A stretch of DNA of 64,000 nt from the human T2T-CHM13v2.0 reference genome, Homo sapiens. This document shows, piece after piece, positions 20,675-47,181 of this stretch (the stretch's first letter is position 1; each line of letters begins with the position of its first letter). The DNA lies in the NCBI RefSeq assembly GCF_009914755.1, contig NC_060927.1, one strand, 5' to 3'. Under the pieces are notes generated by a model. It did not search any database. It was not told the DNA's origin and saw nothing but the letters and a program-made list of their open reading frames with translations. A program made the translations under genes and the position numbers.

Positions 20675-21420
20675 TAAAGCCAGAAAAACTCATTTTCCCA
20701 ACTTCTCTTACATCTGGGGAGTGTAGGCCCCCCCAACCAGACACAGCCACGCAAGATTTTACGCAGAAGTGAGCAGTGTGAGGAAGCAGGCACTCCAAAG
20801 AATCCATCTGAAGACAAGGATGAGAGCAGAGGCCACCAAAAACTTTTGGGGATCAGCAATAATGGAGGTTTGCGTGTCCATGTCGCTGAAGCCAGTGAGC
20901 TTCGGGGTCTATACCAGCAGAGTGGTGGCAGTGGAGTCTTTGCTGAAAGTCCTGTGGGGTGGTTTGGGCATTGTTTCTGGTCCCATGGTCCTCCAAACCC
21001 CATTCTCTGGCCCTTTCAGAGATGTAAACTACCTAATAATCTCTTTTTTTTTTTTTTTAAGAGGAAGTCTCGCTCTGTTGCCCAGGCTGGAGTGCAGTCG
21101 CACAATCTTAGCTCACTACAACCTCTGCCTCCAGGGTTCAAATGATTCTTGTGCCTCAGCCTCCCAATTAGCTGGGATTATAGGCACCCACCACCATGCC
21201 GGGTCAATTTTTGTATTTTTAGCGGAGACGGGTTTCACCATGTTGGCCAGGCTGGTCTCGAACTCCTGACATCAAGTGATCCACCTGCCTCGACCTCTCA
21301 AAGTACTGGGATTACAGGCGTGAGCCACCCTGCCTGGCCCCTAATAATCTTCTGTAAATTTATTTTCTGCCTATATAAGCTGGAGTGGATTCTGTTGTTC
21401 ACAGCTGAGAGCTCTAACCA
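20675..21420 (+). mobile_element. ERVL-type LTR (LTR33/LTR16-like) interrupted by a reverse AluS at 21043-21339
   Basis: 'aaagccagaaaaactcattttccca' and terminal 'gagtggattctgttgttcacagctgagagctctaacc'; Alu TSD cctaataatct. Confidence 0.55.
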
Positions 21421-21770
21421 GCCTCCTTCCGTCGCCTCACTTCTGGCCACTCTTACCCTCAGTGCTCCCACTATACAGCAGCGCTTTCAGTTTCCCGGAG
21501 GTACCTTAGGGCATCAGGTGCTTCCCGTGGCACAGTGGAGCCTCTTCACTTACCTGCCTCCCTCATGGAACTGCAGACCTAGTATCCCCAGCCTCTGTCA
21601 CCCTTCCATTGCCCTCAGTATATGCTCAATCCATGCCCAAATGAACCAATCGCTCATCTTTATCATTGATGAGATAAGAACAAGCCAGTACAACCATAGC
21701 CAGTGCTATTATGGTTGCCTTCTCACTCTGCACTACAGTCCCCTCATCTATAAATGGAGTAACACTTAAA

Positions 21771-23575
<1,805 letters not shown>

Positions 23576-23589
23576 ATTAGTGGTAAACT

Positions 23590-25525
<1,936 letters not shown>

Positions 25526-25544
25526 ATTAGTGGGACGCAGATGA

Positions 25545-26385
<841 letters not shown>

Positions 26386-26617
26386 TGTTTTTTGTACTCT
26401 TAAATGCAGCAGTGAAATAACAGAGAAGGAAAAGGGACAGAAACTGACATTTTTGAGAGCTTTACTTTCTGTAGGCGCTATCAGAGGGGTCATGTGGATG
26501 GTGTGGTGGAGAATGTGAGATTTGTATCTGTGACAATGAGAGCCTGGAGGTCCCAGGGGTTCCTGCTTGGAACTTTCCCATGTGTTATCATTTAACCCTC
26601 AACACCCTAGGAAGTAG

Positions 26618-26956
<339 letters not shown>

Positions 26957-27303
26957 TGAGCAAAGAGGCTCGGATTTGTTAAATTACTTCCTTGTCACAT
27001 AGCCAGTAAGTGGTGGAACCAGGACTTGAACCTGAAGGTGTCTCTAGAGTCCATAATCATTTGACTACAAAACTGGACACTGGAATCTTGTATTCATAAT
27101 CCTTGGGTCCTGGCCACCAAAGCCTGTTTCCTGTGCTTTACAGTGATCAGGGTCCCCAGGAGAGCCCTCGAATTCTGTGCAACGCCAACCTACATGAGTA
27201 AGACATGGAGAAGCCAGTCCATTGTTTAGTACTAGAGTTGCTCAGGCTCTGTTAACTGACCTTTCTTTCTGTTCTCTTTCTTTCCTTATTTGTTTTTATT
27301 TAG

Positions 27304-27508
27304 TTGTGTTCAACACAAATCAATTCCATACCATGAAGTTACTATGAATCAGAGCATAAATACACAAACACAACGTGCAATGAGAAACAGATGCAGGACA
27401 CCCAGATATGAAGCGGAAGGGAGGGCTCATTCACACCCACAGTGCCTGGAGATCCGCTGGGTCTGCTTGTTCTCATGTTGGCTTCTAGGGATGGCAGAGC
27501 TGGCTTTG
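27304..27508 (+). other. Candidate exon (205 nt)
   Basis: Branch point taactgac (27253-27260), ~40-nt pyrimidine tract, tag| acceptor; donor ttg|gttagt. Confidence 0.4.
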
Positions 27509-27596
27509 GTTAGTGAGACCCACTGTGGCCATTTGGATACCGGAAATCTCTGCATGCATGTGTACTCATGTGAACCAAAGGCTTCATGGAGTGTCA

Positions 27597-27904
27597 ATTT
27601 CTTTTTCTTTCTTTTTTTTTTTTTTTGACGGAGTCTTGCTCTGTTGCCCAGGCTGGAGTGCAGTGGCACGATCTGGGCTCACTGCAAGCTCCACCTCCCG
27701 GTTCATGTTATTCTCCTGCCTCAGCCTCCCGAGTAGCTGGGACTACAGGCGCCTGCCACCACGCCCGGCTAATTTTTTGTATTTTTCGTAGAGATGGGGT
27801 TTCACTGTGTTAGCCAGGATGGTCTCGATCTCCTGACCTCGTGATCCGCCCGCCTCGGCCTCCCAAAGTGCTTGGATTACAGGCGTGAGCCACTGTGCCC
27901 AGTC
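27597..27904 (-). mobile_element. AluY-like
   Basis: Y-type diagnostics; TSD ggagtgtc..tttct. Confidence 0.93.
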
Positions 27905-28028
27905 GGGAGTGTCTGTTTCTAAGAAGGTTTCTCTGGACTGGGGCCATTGTGAAAGATTAACTTTACAGAATTGAGCCTACTTTAGGCTCAAGACTAACCC
28001 TCTACAGTAACCCTCAGGTTCTAACCAT

Positions 28029-28317
28029 TGAGGGACAGGGCCTTACTCTGTTGCCCAGGCTGAAGTGCAATGGTGTGATCATGGCTCACTGACTGTAGCC
28101 TCGAACTCCTGGGCTTAAGGGATCCTCCTGCCTAAGCTTCTTGAGTAGCAGGGACTACAGGCGCATACCACCATGTGCGGCTAATTTTTACATTTTTTTG
28201 TGGAGATAGGGCCTCACTATGTTGCCCAGGATGGTCTTGAACTCCTGGGCTCAAGCAATTCTCCTGCCTCAGCCTCCCCAAACTCTGGGATTACAGGTGT
28301 GAGCCACTGCGCCCAGC
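28029..28317 (-). mobile_element. AluJ-like lacking a poly-A tail
   Basis: Reverse dimer body. Confidence 0.88.
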
Positions 28318-28494
28318 TTCCTCTGAAATATTGACTGCTACTGACAGATCTGGAGAATACTGACATCATTCTGGTGGCTGAAGTCTTGTGGCTTGGATTC
28401 ACATCATAGCTCAATAAAATCTGTTTGAGAGCCTGGGTATCCACAAGCTAAAGTCCAGTCTATCCTCAACTCACCAGGTGCACAGGCTGACAAC

Positions 28495-29350
<856 letters not shown>

Positions 29351-29777
29351 CTCCAGAGCTGCATCCTCCTTACCTTGAACTGACCGGCTTACCCCCGAAG
29401 TGTGTCAAGTCTGGACACTGCTCAGGCCTTAGATTGTGAAACTCCCTGCCGCATTTGCCACTGCTGATCCTTCTTGAAATTCTCTACTTTAATGGTTCTT
29501 GACCCTGTCTGTCTTCTGACTACGTTAATGTGGAGAATTTTGCACTTATCGATAGCCAGGGGGTTCAGATATGCTGGGTATGAGACTGGGGTAGGGGTCA
29601 GGTGTCTGTTTGCTTACAGAGAGTCCTGGGTGACCTTGATGCAAGTAGCTCCAACTAGGAACCACTAGGCTTCTGTGGCATCACCCTCTCCTGGTCCACT
29701 GTGCAGGTATTTACTGAGTATGTGAGGGACACTCAGGCAGGTGCTAAGCATCAGAGATGAACAAAACAAGGTCATTG

Positions 29778-30320
29778 TGTGTCCGGAGTTGGTTCCTTCC
29801 GGTGGGTTTGTGGTCTCCCTGACTTCAAGAATGAAGCTGCGGACCTTCGCGGCGAGTGTTACAGCTCCTAAAGGTGGTGTGTCCGGAGTTTCTTCCTTCC
29901 AGTGGGTTCGTGGTCTTGCTGACTTCAAGAATGAAGCCATGGACCTCGGCGGTGAGTGTTACAGCTCTCAAAGGTGACAGGGGCCCAAAGAGTGAGCAGC
30001 AGCAAGATTTATTGTGAAGAGCAAAAGAACAAAGCTTCCACAGCATGGAAGGGGACCCGAGTGGGTTGCTGCTGCTGGTGGGGGGTGGCCAGCTTTTATT
30101 CCTTTATTTGTCCCTGCCCACATCCTGCTGGTTGGTCCATTTTACAGAATGCTGATTGGTCCATTTTACAAACCTCTAGCTAGCCACTGAGCGCTGATTG
30201 GTGCGTTTTACAATCCTAGCTACAGAGTGCTGATTAGGGCATTTTACAATCCTCTTGTAAGACAGAAAAGTTCTCCAAGTCCCCACTCGACCCAGGAAGT
30301 CCAGCTGGCTTCACCTCTCA
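29778..30320 (-). mobile_element. Solo LTR12-family (HERV9) LTR, short LTR12F-like form, inserted in an L2
   Basis: Minus strand begins TGAGAGGTGAAGCCAGCTGGACTTCCTGGGTCGAG and ends GGACACA; 4-bp TSD ATTG (29774-29777, 30321-30324); CCAAT repeats; two ~100-bp U5 repeats. Confidence 0.92.
30091..30250 (-). promoter_or_regulatory. LTR12 U3 promoter: NF-Y CCAAT boxes and TATA-like AATAAAA
   Basis: gctgattgg at 30151 and 30193, degenerate copies at ~30127 and ~30229; minus-strand ggaataaaagct at 30091-30102. Confidence 0.6.
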
Positions 30321-30333
30321 ATTGTTCTTACAA

Positions 30334-30671
<338 letters not shown>

Positions 30672-30843
30672 TGAAGCTTATATCACAGTGGGGGATGTTG
30701 AGAGAGACAACTAAATGAGTACATGTCCGAAGGGGTTCAGATAGTGCTGTGAACTATCAGGATGAAGCTGATAGGAGGAATGAAGAAAGTCAATCAGGAT
30801 GAAGTGATGGGGGAATGGAGAGCTGTCTTAGATAGGATGCTCA

Positions 30844-31754
<911 letters not shown>

Positions 31755-32070
31755 CTAAGTGCTGCTGTTCTCCCAGCTCCTCTCATTCTACCTGCAGGAA
31801 TCTTGGTTACTTTCACGTGGTAACCGAGACCCCCTGCTCCTCGGCTATGGACTCAGGTATCAAACACTGGCAGGACCCTCTGTCTGTATATCCTGTGGGT
31901 TCCTCAAAACTTGCGCAAAGCCACCTAGCATCATCTGTCAATCTCCTCCACTCCCTGTGTCTCCAGCTCAGCTACCAACATGACCCACTACGCAGGCATC
32001 TAATCTAGAAACCCAAGTGTCACTATGACTTCCCCCACTCCTCACCAACTACTGCCAATGCATTACCAAT

Positions 32071-32759
<689 letters not shown>

Positions 32760-33688
32760 TGATGACCACAGCTCTTCCCTAGGGAGCTGCAGCAACCCCT
32801 AATCAGAGCCCCTGCCCTCAAATACAGGCCTCCCCTCCTCCCCTCATCCTGCTCTTCCTGACTTTGGCAGACAGCAAAGCCTGGATAACAAAGGGTGGAC
32901 TCAGGGTAGAAGCAGAGAGGAGACTCGGCCTAACACACACAGGCTTTCTGCATCCAAGGCCACTATCTGGGCTTTGAGAAAAGTCTGTGACGTGTAGATG
33001 TCTCTCCCAGCCCCGCAGGCACTGGCATGGGACCCTCTCACAAGGGACCCAGGAAGAAACTAAGAAGAGTCGGCTTGTGGGGAAGGAATGCGGAAGGACT
33101 AAAGGGATTGAGGAAGGCCTGTTGCAGGAGAGAAAGAAGAGGTGATCAAGACCAGAGGCTTTGTTTCTGAGGGACCGTGGGAGGATGGTACGGTGCTTCA
33201 AGCACTGGAGTCAGAGAACACATTCCTGTTAAGGAGCTGGGGAAAGGAATTCACACGAGGAGAACTGCTGCCGAGCACTCTGAACATTCTGTGTATTGTC
33301 GGGCGGGGATGTCCAGCTTGAACCTAAAAAGAAGGGCATTTCACGTGCCCTTGGTCATGACCCACATGCACCGGATGGCCAGCACTAAGGCTGCCTGGCA
33401 ATGTATCCCTCCCTCCAAGCTCACAGTGCCACAAAGGCCCTATCAGGCTCTGCTCTCCTCCCACACACCTCTCCAGCCTCACCCTCTCACCACTTCCAGA
33501 ACCGGCTCTTACACTCCTTAGGGTCCACACATGCCATGCTGTTCTCACTGTCTGCAATAATTTCACCCCATGAAGCACTTCCTCCCTGAGCTTTCTCCTG
33601 CCTGCTGTCTGTTCGTCCCCTGACTGATGTTAGCATGGACGAGTATTATATAATGGGGGGCAAAACATGTTTGGACATCACACAGTCT

Positions 33689-33754
33689 TGGATTAGAATT
33701 CCAGCTTTCCTCTACACTCCCTGGATTAGAATTCCAGCTTTCCTCTGCACTCCC
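33689..33754 (+). repeat. 33-bp tandem duplication within a MIR
   Basis: tggattagaattccagctttcctct(a/g)cactccc x2. Confidence 0.9.
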
Positions 33755-34233
33755 TTTAAGACCTTAGCAATCACTGTGTCCATCTTACCATGAGTGAAAT
33801 GGAGTTTATTCCAGGACTATTTGCGGCTCAAATGACTTTTATAAAGTGCTCTGCACATAGTAGGTGCTCAATAAATGTTAGCGCCCCTTCTCTGCCCTTG
33901 AGGCACTCGATTAATGCTTTTCAATTCTAGAGTCACTGAACAGCTACCATTTGTTGGAAGCTACCAAGTGTCTGGTGGCACTGTCTTTTCTCCTTTTCCA
34001 TGACCACTCTTACTTATCCTGAGTGTGATTCTCTTTTCTCATGCATTGGAACTGATGTGCTGGCCATGCAGCGGAATAGGCAGGACCTGTCATTTACTGA
34101 GGGTCCACTCTGTGCCTGACCTTCACGAGCTGTTTTCCAGACAGTCTCTCAGTTAATATTCACAATGACTCTTTGAGGTTTGTTGTATTAATCACTATCT
34201 TATATATGAGCAAATTGAGACTCTGGGAAGTTA

Positions 34234-34701
<468 letters not shown>

Positions 34702-35589
34702 TTAACACTTAGTGATTACATATGGACTGGGAACTATTCTAGCTGAGTACTTGTGTTAATTTAATTAACCTTTGCAAACATCCCATGCCATCGTTCCTAT
34801 TATTATCCCATTGTACAGATAACTGAGGCACAGAGGGGTTAAACAACCTGCCCAGGTCACTGAGCTGAATCTGTGTGCATAGAAATTACAGTCTTCATTC
34901 TATTTTCTTCTTTCAAGGAGCACGGTAAGATCCATGTTCACATGAGAGAGAATAAGTGGAAACATTTTACACACTGTAAATGCTTGAGAGATGTTCGCTG
35001 TTATGTTGAAAGTTGAGTGAGGGGAAATTCTGAGTGGACTCAGAGTTTGAAAACCAGGGAACAAGAGCACTGTTCTGCTGGAACTCTCTTGAGAGTCCAG
35101 GGGCGGCCGTCTCCCCAGGAAAGCAGGGTAGCGTCCAAGAATCATGCAGCGGTCAGAGGAACTCAGAGACTGACATTTGTCACCTGTCCCTGGAGAGCTG
35201 CAGAACCATAAGCCTTACAAAGATGATTAGCAGCCCACGAGACCACAGACAGCTCTTCCAACCAGCAAACAGAGTTGGCACTCTTGCACAATCCCCTGGG
35301 AGTGCGTCACCATGATGTCACCTTGTTTATTCCTCGCGTGGATATCAGGCCCCAATGGGCCTGATGAACTGCCGGCCACAGACAGCAAAATGACAACGCT
35401 TTGTAACTTATCCTGGTGCTTTAATCTTTGCTCTGATTCTGCGATTTAGAAGCAATTCTGTGTCACTTCCCCTCAATCACTGGCCATGTCACCATACCAG
35501 TGCAGGGTGACAATCATTCATACAGAAAACATGTAGGCGCTGAGAGCCTCTTTCTAATCCTGCTCCCTGAGCAGCTGCTCAGGAGGCGT

Positions 35590-36688
<1,099 letters not shown>

Positions 36689-36700
36689 TGAGAAATATAA

Positions 36701-36867
36701 TTTACCCTCATATTCTTTAATCTCCCCCAAATCCCATTAATTATTGCTCTTAAATAAAGAGCATTATATGCTTTAATCTCCCCAAATCCCATTAATTATT
36801 TAAGAGCAATAATTTTTAAGAGCAATTATTAATGGGATTTGGGGAGATTAAAGAATATAATGGTAAA
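36701..36867. repeat. ~54-bp imperfect inverted repeat enclosing internal templated copies
   Basis: Arms 36701-36754 and ~36815-36867 are near reverse complements; spacer contains further copies of arm sequence. Confidence 0.88.
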
Positions 36868-37394
36868 AAATCAATTATTTTTCATCTTTGTCATTAAAAA
36901 AAAATTTGTCAGAGACCCACCTGCATTTGCTCGGCACTACTCAGCCCCACTCCGTACTGCTCACGTGGAGGGAGTGATCGCCATCTAAGAGCTTAGGGGG
37001 TGATCAACGGCACATCCATTCTTTCAGGAAACACCTAGATGCTTAATAGCAAGCATCTCTCATGTGCCAGGCACTGCACGAGGCCCTGTAAACGAGATGC
37101 CAACTCTGCTTGGAAGTGGTACGGTGGAAGGGGCATTGGGCCAGGCAGACATGGGCTCAAGCTCCTACCCCAGCACCTCCTGAGGGAACTCCTTCAACCT
37201 TTTAGGACCCTGATGTCCTCACGTGTAACACTGGAATAAAGACACCTGGCTTCCACAGCCCATGTATGGATGAATGGGAATGCATACGGAAAGCAATTGC
37301 TCAATACATACCAATTCCTCCCACCCTACCCCAGTTCCTCCACCTTCCAGGTTTTAGCGTCTAGATGAAAACCAAATTCTATAAATCAGGTTTA

Positions 37395-37788
<394 letters not shown>

Positions 37789-38239
37789 CTATTGTCATCA
37801 TTCTGGATGGGCAAGTAGCTGCCCTCTCAGTAAGCTTTTTTTCATTAAGGAAATATATTAGCTTACCTGTCAAACTTGTTTTCTTCCCTGTAATGCAAGC
37901 AATTGCCTATGCTTCCCAAAGCCTGGAGGCCAATCTACTGCCACTGCTGACATTGACCCAGTGGCCAGTTAGACTAATATTCAGGACTTGCCAAGGTGCT
38001 CTCTCCCTGGAGGCCTCCTAAAATCCTTAAAGCACTAACTCAACATTTCCTCTTGAGCTCTCTTCAAGCCGAATCAGTTGCTTCATTTTCACTTCTTCAT
38101 AAACTTAGTTGTTAATAATTTTATTTTTCACTTTTAGCATTTGCTTGTTTTTCTAATTTCTTCCAATTTTAATTTTCTAATGTCTTGACCTTTTATAAAA
38201 GAAATGGATGATGATGCTATTCCTTCTTCTATTCCTTAG

Positions 38240-38896
<657 letters not shown>

Positions 38897-39321
38897 TCAT
38901 CTTCAGGTTGTTGTTTTATTTTCATTTTATCTGGAATGAATTCATCTCTTCTTGATTGCTGATTTTGTTTGGTTCTGTATCTTATTATCATTGATTTTCC
39001 TAATAGACTTTGGGATCTTGGTTTGCTCAGTCTTCTTGAGGGCACTTTTCCCCTCTTGATCACCCCAGTTTCTCTGCTGCGCTCCATCTTTCCTGTCTAG
39101 CAGTTTCTAGTTGCCTCTATCCAGCCCCTGTGGCTCCTAGTCCAGAATTGAGTCTCTGTTGGTGCCTGGGCTCTCCACTCATAGAGGAGAAATGCAGTTC
39201 CAGGCCCCAGGTCACTGCAAAGACTGGCCCAAGTCTTGGTTTCTCTGTCTCCTGAGAAACATAAGTTTATAAGCCATAGTTCCAAATAGCTGCCGACTGC
39301 AGATTTCTTAGCTTCCTTTCA

Positions 39322-39789
<468 letters not shown>

Positions 39790-40493
39790 TCACTGAGTAA
39801 AAACCCAATTCCTGCTTCTCCACCCAGAGCCCTGCAGGCCCATTCGTCACTCATGTATCTTTGTTACTACTCCGCAGAAATATGTATTACATGTTTCAGT
39901 ATAGTGGGTTTTTTTCTGTCTCTTTTTATCATTTATCTGTCATTTCATATATTTGGAAAAGGGAAACCCTCAAAGCACAATCTTAAGAAATTATCTTGAC
40001 CTGAGCTCCCACACTGCCTGCACAGACCTTTGCTAGTGCACTTATTACATGGAATTATAACTGTCTACGTTGCTGACACCACCAGTTCCCCAAAGCCATG
40101 GGTCAAGTGGCAGAGCCAGGATTTGAACCTCAGTCTACTGACACCAAGTCCTCTTACCTAGTATGCCGATGGATGAATACAACCATTTACATCTTCCCAT
40201 CCTGAGTGCCTTGCACAAGCTCTGGCATAAAATATGTGCTCCGTTATTATTTGTTGAGTAACTTAAACTTAGACTCCCACTACTGTCTTCTAGATTTATC
40301 ATAATTCTCTTGTCCTTTTATTCCCCCTAAATCTAGCACAGTATCCCTCTATTTAGACATGCAAGGTAAGTGAACTCCTGACTCTCTCCCTATCCTGGCC
40401 TTCCTGTGCCCATAACAAACATCATGGCCAAAGAACTCTCTCTCTCATGGGTCTGACCCTTTCTGTACAACCTTTTAAGAAATTGATTGTGAG

Positions 40494-41156
40494 GCTGGGT
40501 ACGTTGGCTCACTCCTGTAATCCCAGCACTTTGGGAGGCCAAGGCAGGTGGATCACCTGAGGTCAGGAGTTTGAGACCAGCCTGGCCAACATGGTGAAAA
40601 CCCGTCTCTTCTAAAAATACAAAAAATTATCTGGGCAGTGGCGGATGCCTGGGGATGCAGGGGAATCACTTGAACCCAGAAGGCGGAGGTTGCAGTAAGC
40701 CAAGATGGCACCACTGCACTCTAGCCGGGGCAACAAGAGTGAAACTCTGTCTCAAAAAAAATAAATAAATAAAAGAAATTGATTTTGATAATCATTTGCC
40801 CTCCCAGTGTAGACACAGATTTCTCTTTTGCCAATTGGAAATCCTAAAGCCATCCTCCACCTTTTTGTTTTTTGAGACAGGGTCTACCTGTCACCCATGC
40901 TGCAGTGCAGTGGCCTGATCATGGCTCACTGCAGCCTTGACCCCTTGGGCTCAAGTGATCCTCTTGCCTCAGCCTACTGTGTGGCTGGTACTACAGGCAT
41001 GTGCCACCATGCCCAGTTGATTTTTAAAAATTTATTTGTAGAGATGAGGTCTTACTATTTTGCCCAGGCTGGTCTTGAACTTGTGGGCTCAAGTGATCCT
41101 CCCACCTTGGCCTCCCAAAGTGCTGGGATTACAGGTGTGAGCCACCACACCCAGTC
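40494..41156. mobile_element. Internally deleted AluS(+) 40494-40777 and AluJ(-) 40862-41156
   Basis: Alu arms read directly. Confidence 0.9.
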
Positions 41157-41652
41157 CCTTAAAGCTTTTGAAAGAAAAAAGATGGGAAAATTGATAAATT
41201 AAGCTCATGCAGTGGTCTGAAGGAGTGATCTGGAATTTTACTTCTCTCTTTAATTTTGGCCTAAAATGTGAAAAACAAACACATCTCGACATGATGCAAT
41301 TCTGTGATCCTGGGTTATCTATAAGCAGCCTCCAACTAAGAAAATCACAGTAATTTCCCATAATATTACTTTATATTTCAATAACACTCATCTCAATTTC
41401 ATACCAAACCAATTACGTGGGTGTTATCGTTCATGTTTTAACACATGATGAAACTGAAGCAGAGAGGTTAAGTGTCCTGGCGAAAGTCACACAATGGATA
41501 AAGGGCGGAGCCTGTACCCAAACCCAGATCTTTCTTTCCATTTCTAAGCCTTCTGTTGCCTAATACATCACTGCTATACACTAATTTTCAAGTGCCAGAA
41601 ACATGAAGGTGACCTTCAGAGTCATTTTTGTTTCAATATTATCTTTGAATAA

Positions 41653-42507
<855 letters not shown>

Positions 42508-43381
42508 CATCTTACTCTTTTTCAATAAAGACAGCTAGGTAAATGTATAACCAAATTTGATGTAAGTTATATACAAACCTTTTCATATATAAAATACCAC
42601 AAGTCACACATATTTTTACAATTGTTTTTGAAACTCAGTTTTCCTGCTTTAGCCAGAAAAATAGTCATTGTCAGATCATGATTTGTATAAAATGCTTTGT
42701 GACTCAGTCAACCACCAGCTGACCTCACGATACAAACCTTAGTTGGCCTCACCTTTCCTGTGGTTTTCCCACACTGTTTTTATAGCTTTCATTTAAAATA
42801 ACATTCAGTTGAGCCTCCAATGAAACCAAGCCTTTGTTCTCTTCCTCCTGTTTTTCCTCCAAAAGAACTGACAATATAAGCCTTTTCTCTGGCTCTGGTT
42901 AAGTACAAACCCATGATCAAGTGGACCCAGGGACTTGCTGGGTTCCAGGCTCTTACTACCACCACCCTGACAGTCAACCACAAATACCCGTCACCGCCAT
43001 CCTCGGTATTTCATCATCACAATCGCCACCACTAGCTGAGCTCTTACTATGAGGCAGGTACTTACTAAGCTTTCACATGAATCAGGAATTCATGTAATTT
43101 TAATTGCCACAACAACACTATGGAGTAAATACTACGATGTTCTTTTAATATATAATGAAATTGAGACTCAAATAAGTTAAGAAAACTTCTCCAAAGCCAC
43201 AGAGCTACAAGCGTAAAGACAGGATTCAACACCAGGTCATTTCCAGTTTCAAATCCTCAGGATACCCCATATTAAATATGCAGTCTGTACATATAACACA
43301 CACATACAGACATATGAGAATTGAGTTGCAGCTATTTGATATAAGACCATATTTTAGAGACATTTAAACATTTGTTAATGA

Positions 43382-44583
<1,202 letters not shown>

Positions 44584-44589
44584 TAGAGT

Positions 44590-46181
<1,592 letters not shown>

Positions 46182-46489
46182 TAAAGTCGTGAATGTACTT
46201 GATGACAAAGTGAATGTGACAAGGTATTTCCCACAATTTTATGTTAGAATAGAAGAAAAACATATGTTTTATGCAATTACATACTCACTCATTCATTTTC
46301 CAAGTACCTATGCTATTCCAGACACCAGGAAATTTAGAGAAGAAGGAGAAACCAGTTAGTTGATTATCAGAAATGGCATAGACAAGATGTTATAGTCCTC
46401 CTGGCACTTTTGTAACAGTCTGCTTCTGACTTATCCAAATGGTTCAGCTCCATTCCTGGCAGGGCAGAAAAGGCAATGAGACAAGGTTC

Positions 46490-47180
46490 CTGATTTCCAG
46501 TAGCTCACTATCTAGTGGGAGAGAGAAACACATAAATATGTCATTGCGGTCGCAGATGGTTATCTACCCACAGAGCTTAGGAGCACAGTGGAGGGAGCAG
46601 GTAATTCTGCTAGGCACCTAGAAGGGGTGCAGGAGGAGGTGACATTTGAATTTGGTCTTAAGAGATATTCAGACATTTGACAGATGGTGAAAGGAGAAGG
46701 ACATTCTAGCCATCAGGCACGGCCTGGTCAAGGGCATGGCTGAGGATGTGAGAGCCGAGGGTGAGCAGAGACAGAGGGTGGAGGGGAGGAGTGGAAGGGA
46801 GTGGACCACGTCATGAAGAGCCTCACTAAGGAGCATCCATCTACAAACAGTCTCACTCTGCGCCCAGGCTGGAGTGCTGTGGTGTGATCTTGGCTCACTG
46901 CAACCTCTAACCTGACGGGTTCAAGCGATTCTCCTGCGTCAGCCTCCTGAGTAGCTGGGATTACAGGTGTGTGCCACCACGCACAGCTAATTTTTGTATT
47001 TTTAGTAAAGATGGGGTTTCACCATGTTGGCCAGACTTGTCTTGAACTCCTAACCTCAAATAATCCATCTGCCTTGGCCTCCCAAGAGATTTTTTTTTTT
47101 TTTTTTTTTGTAAGCAGAAGAGTGGTGTGGTTCGATCTGAGGTTTAAGAGATCACTCACAGGCAGCCAGTTGGATGGATT
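46490..47180 (-). mobile_element. L2 with a truncated reverse Alu at 46847-47085
   Basis: 'aggaggaggtgacatttgaatttggtcttaag' L2 hallmark. Confidence 0.7.
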
Positions 47181-47181
47181 A

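Noticed and set aside
29665-30183. ORFs with repeated peptide blocks and ~100-bp direct repeats (superficially array-like)
   Set aside because: Normal LTR12 U5/U3 internal repeats; not CRISPR or coding.
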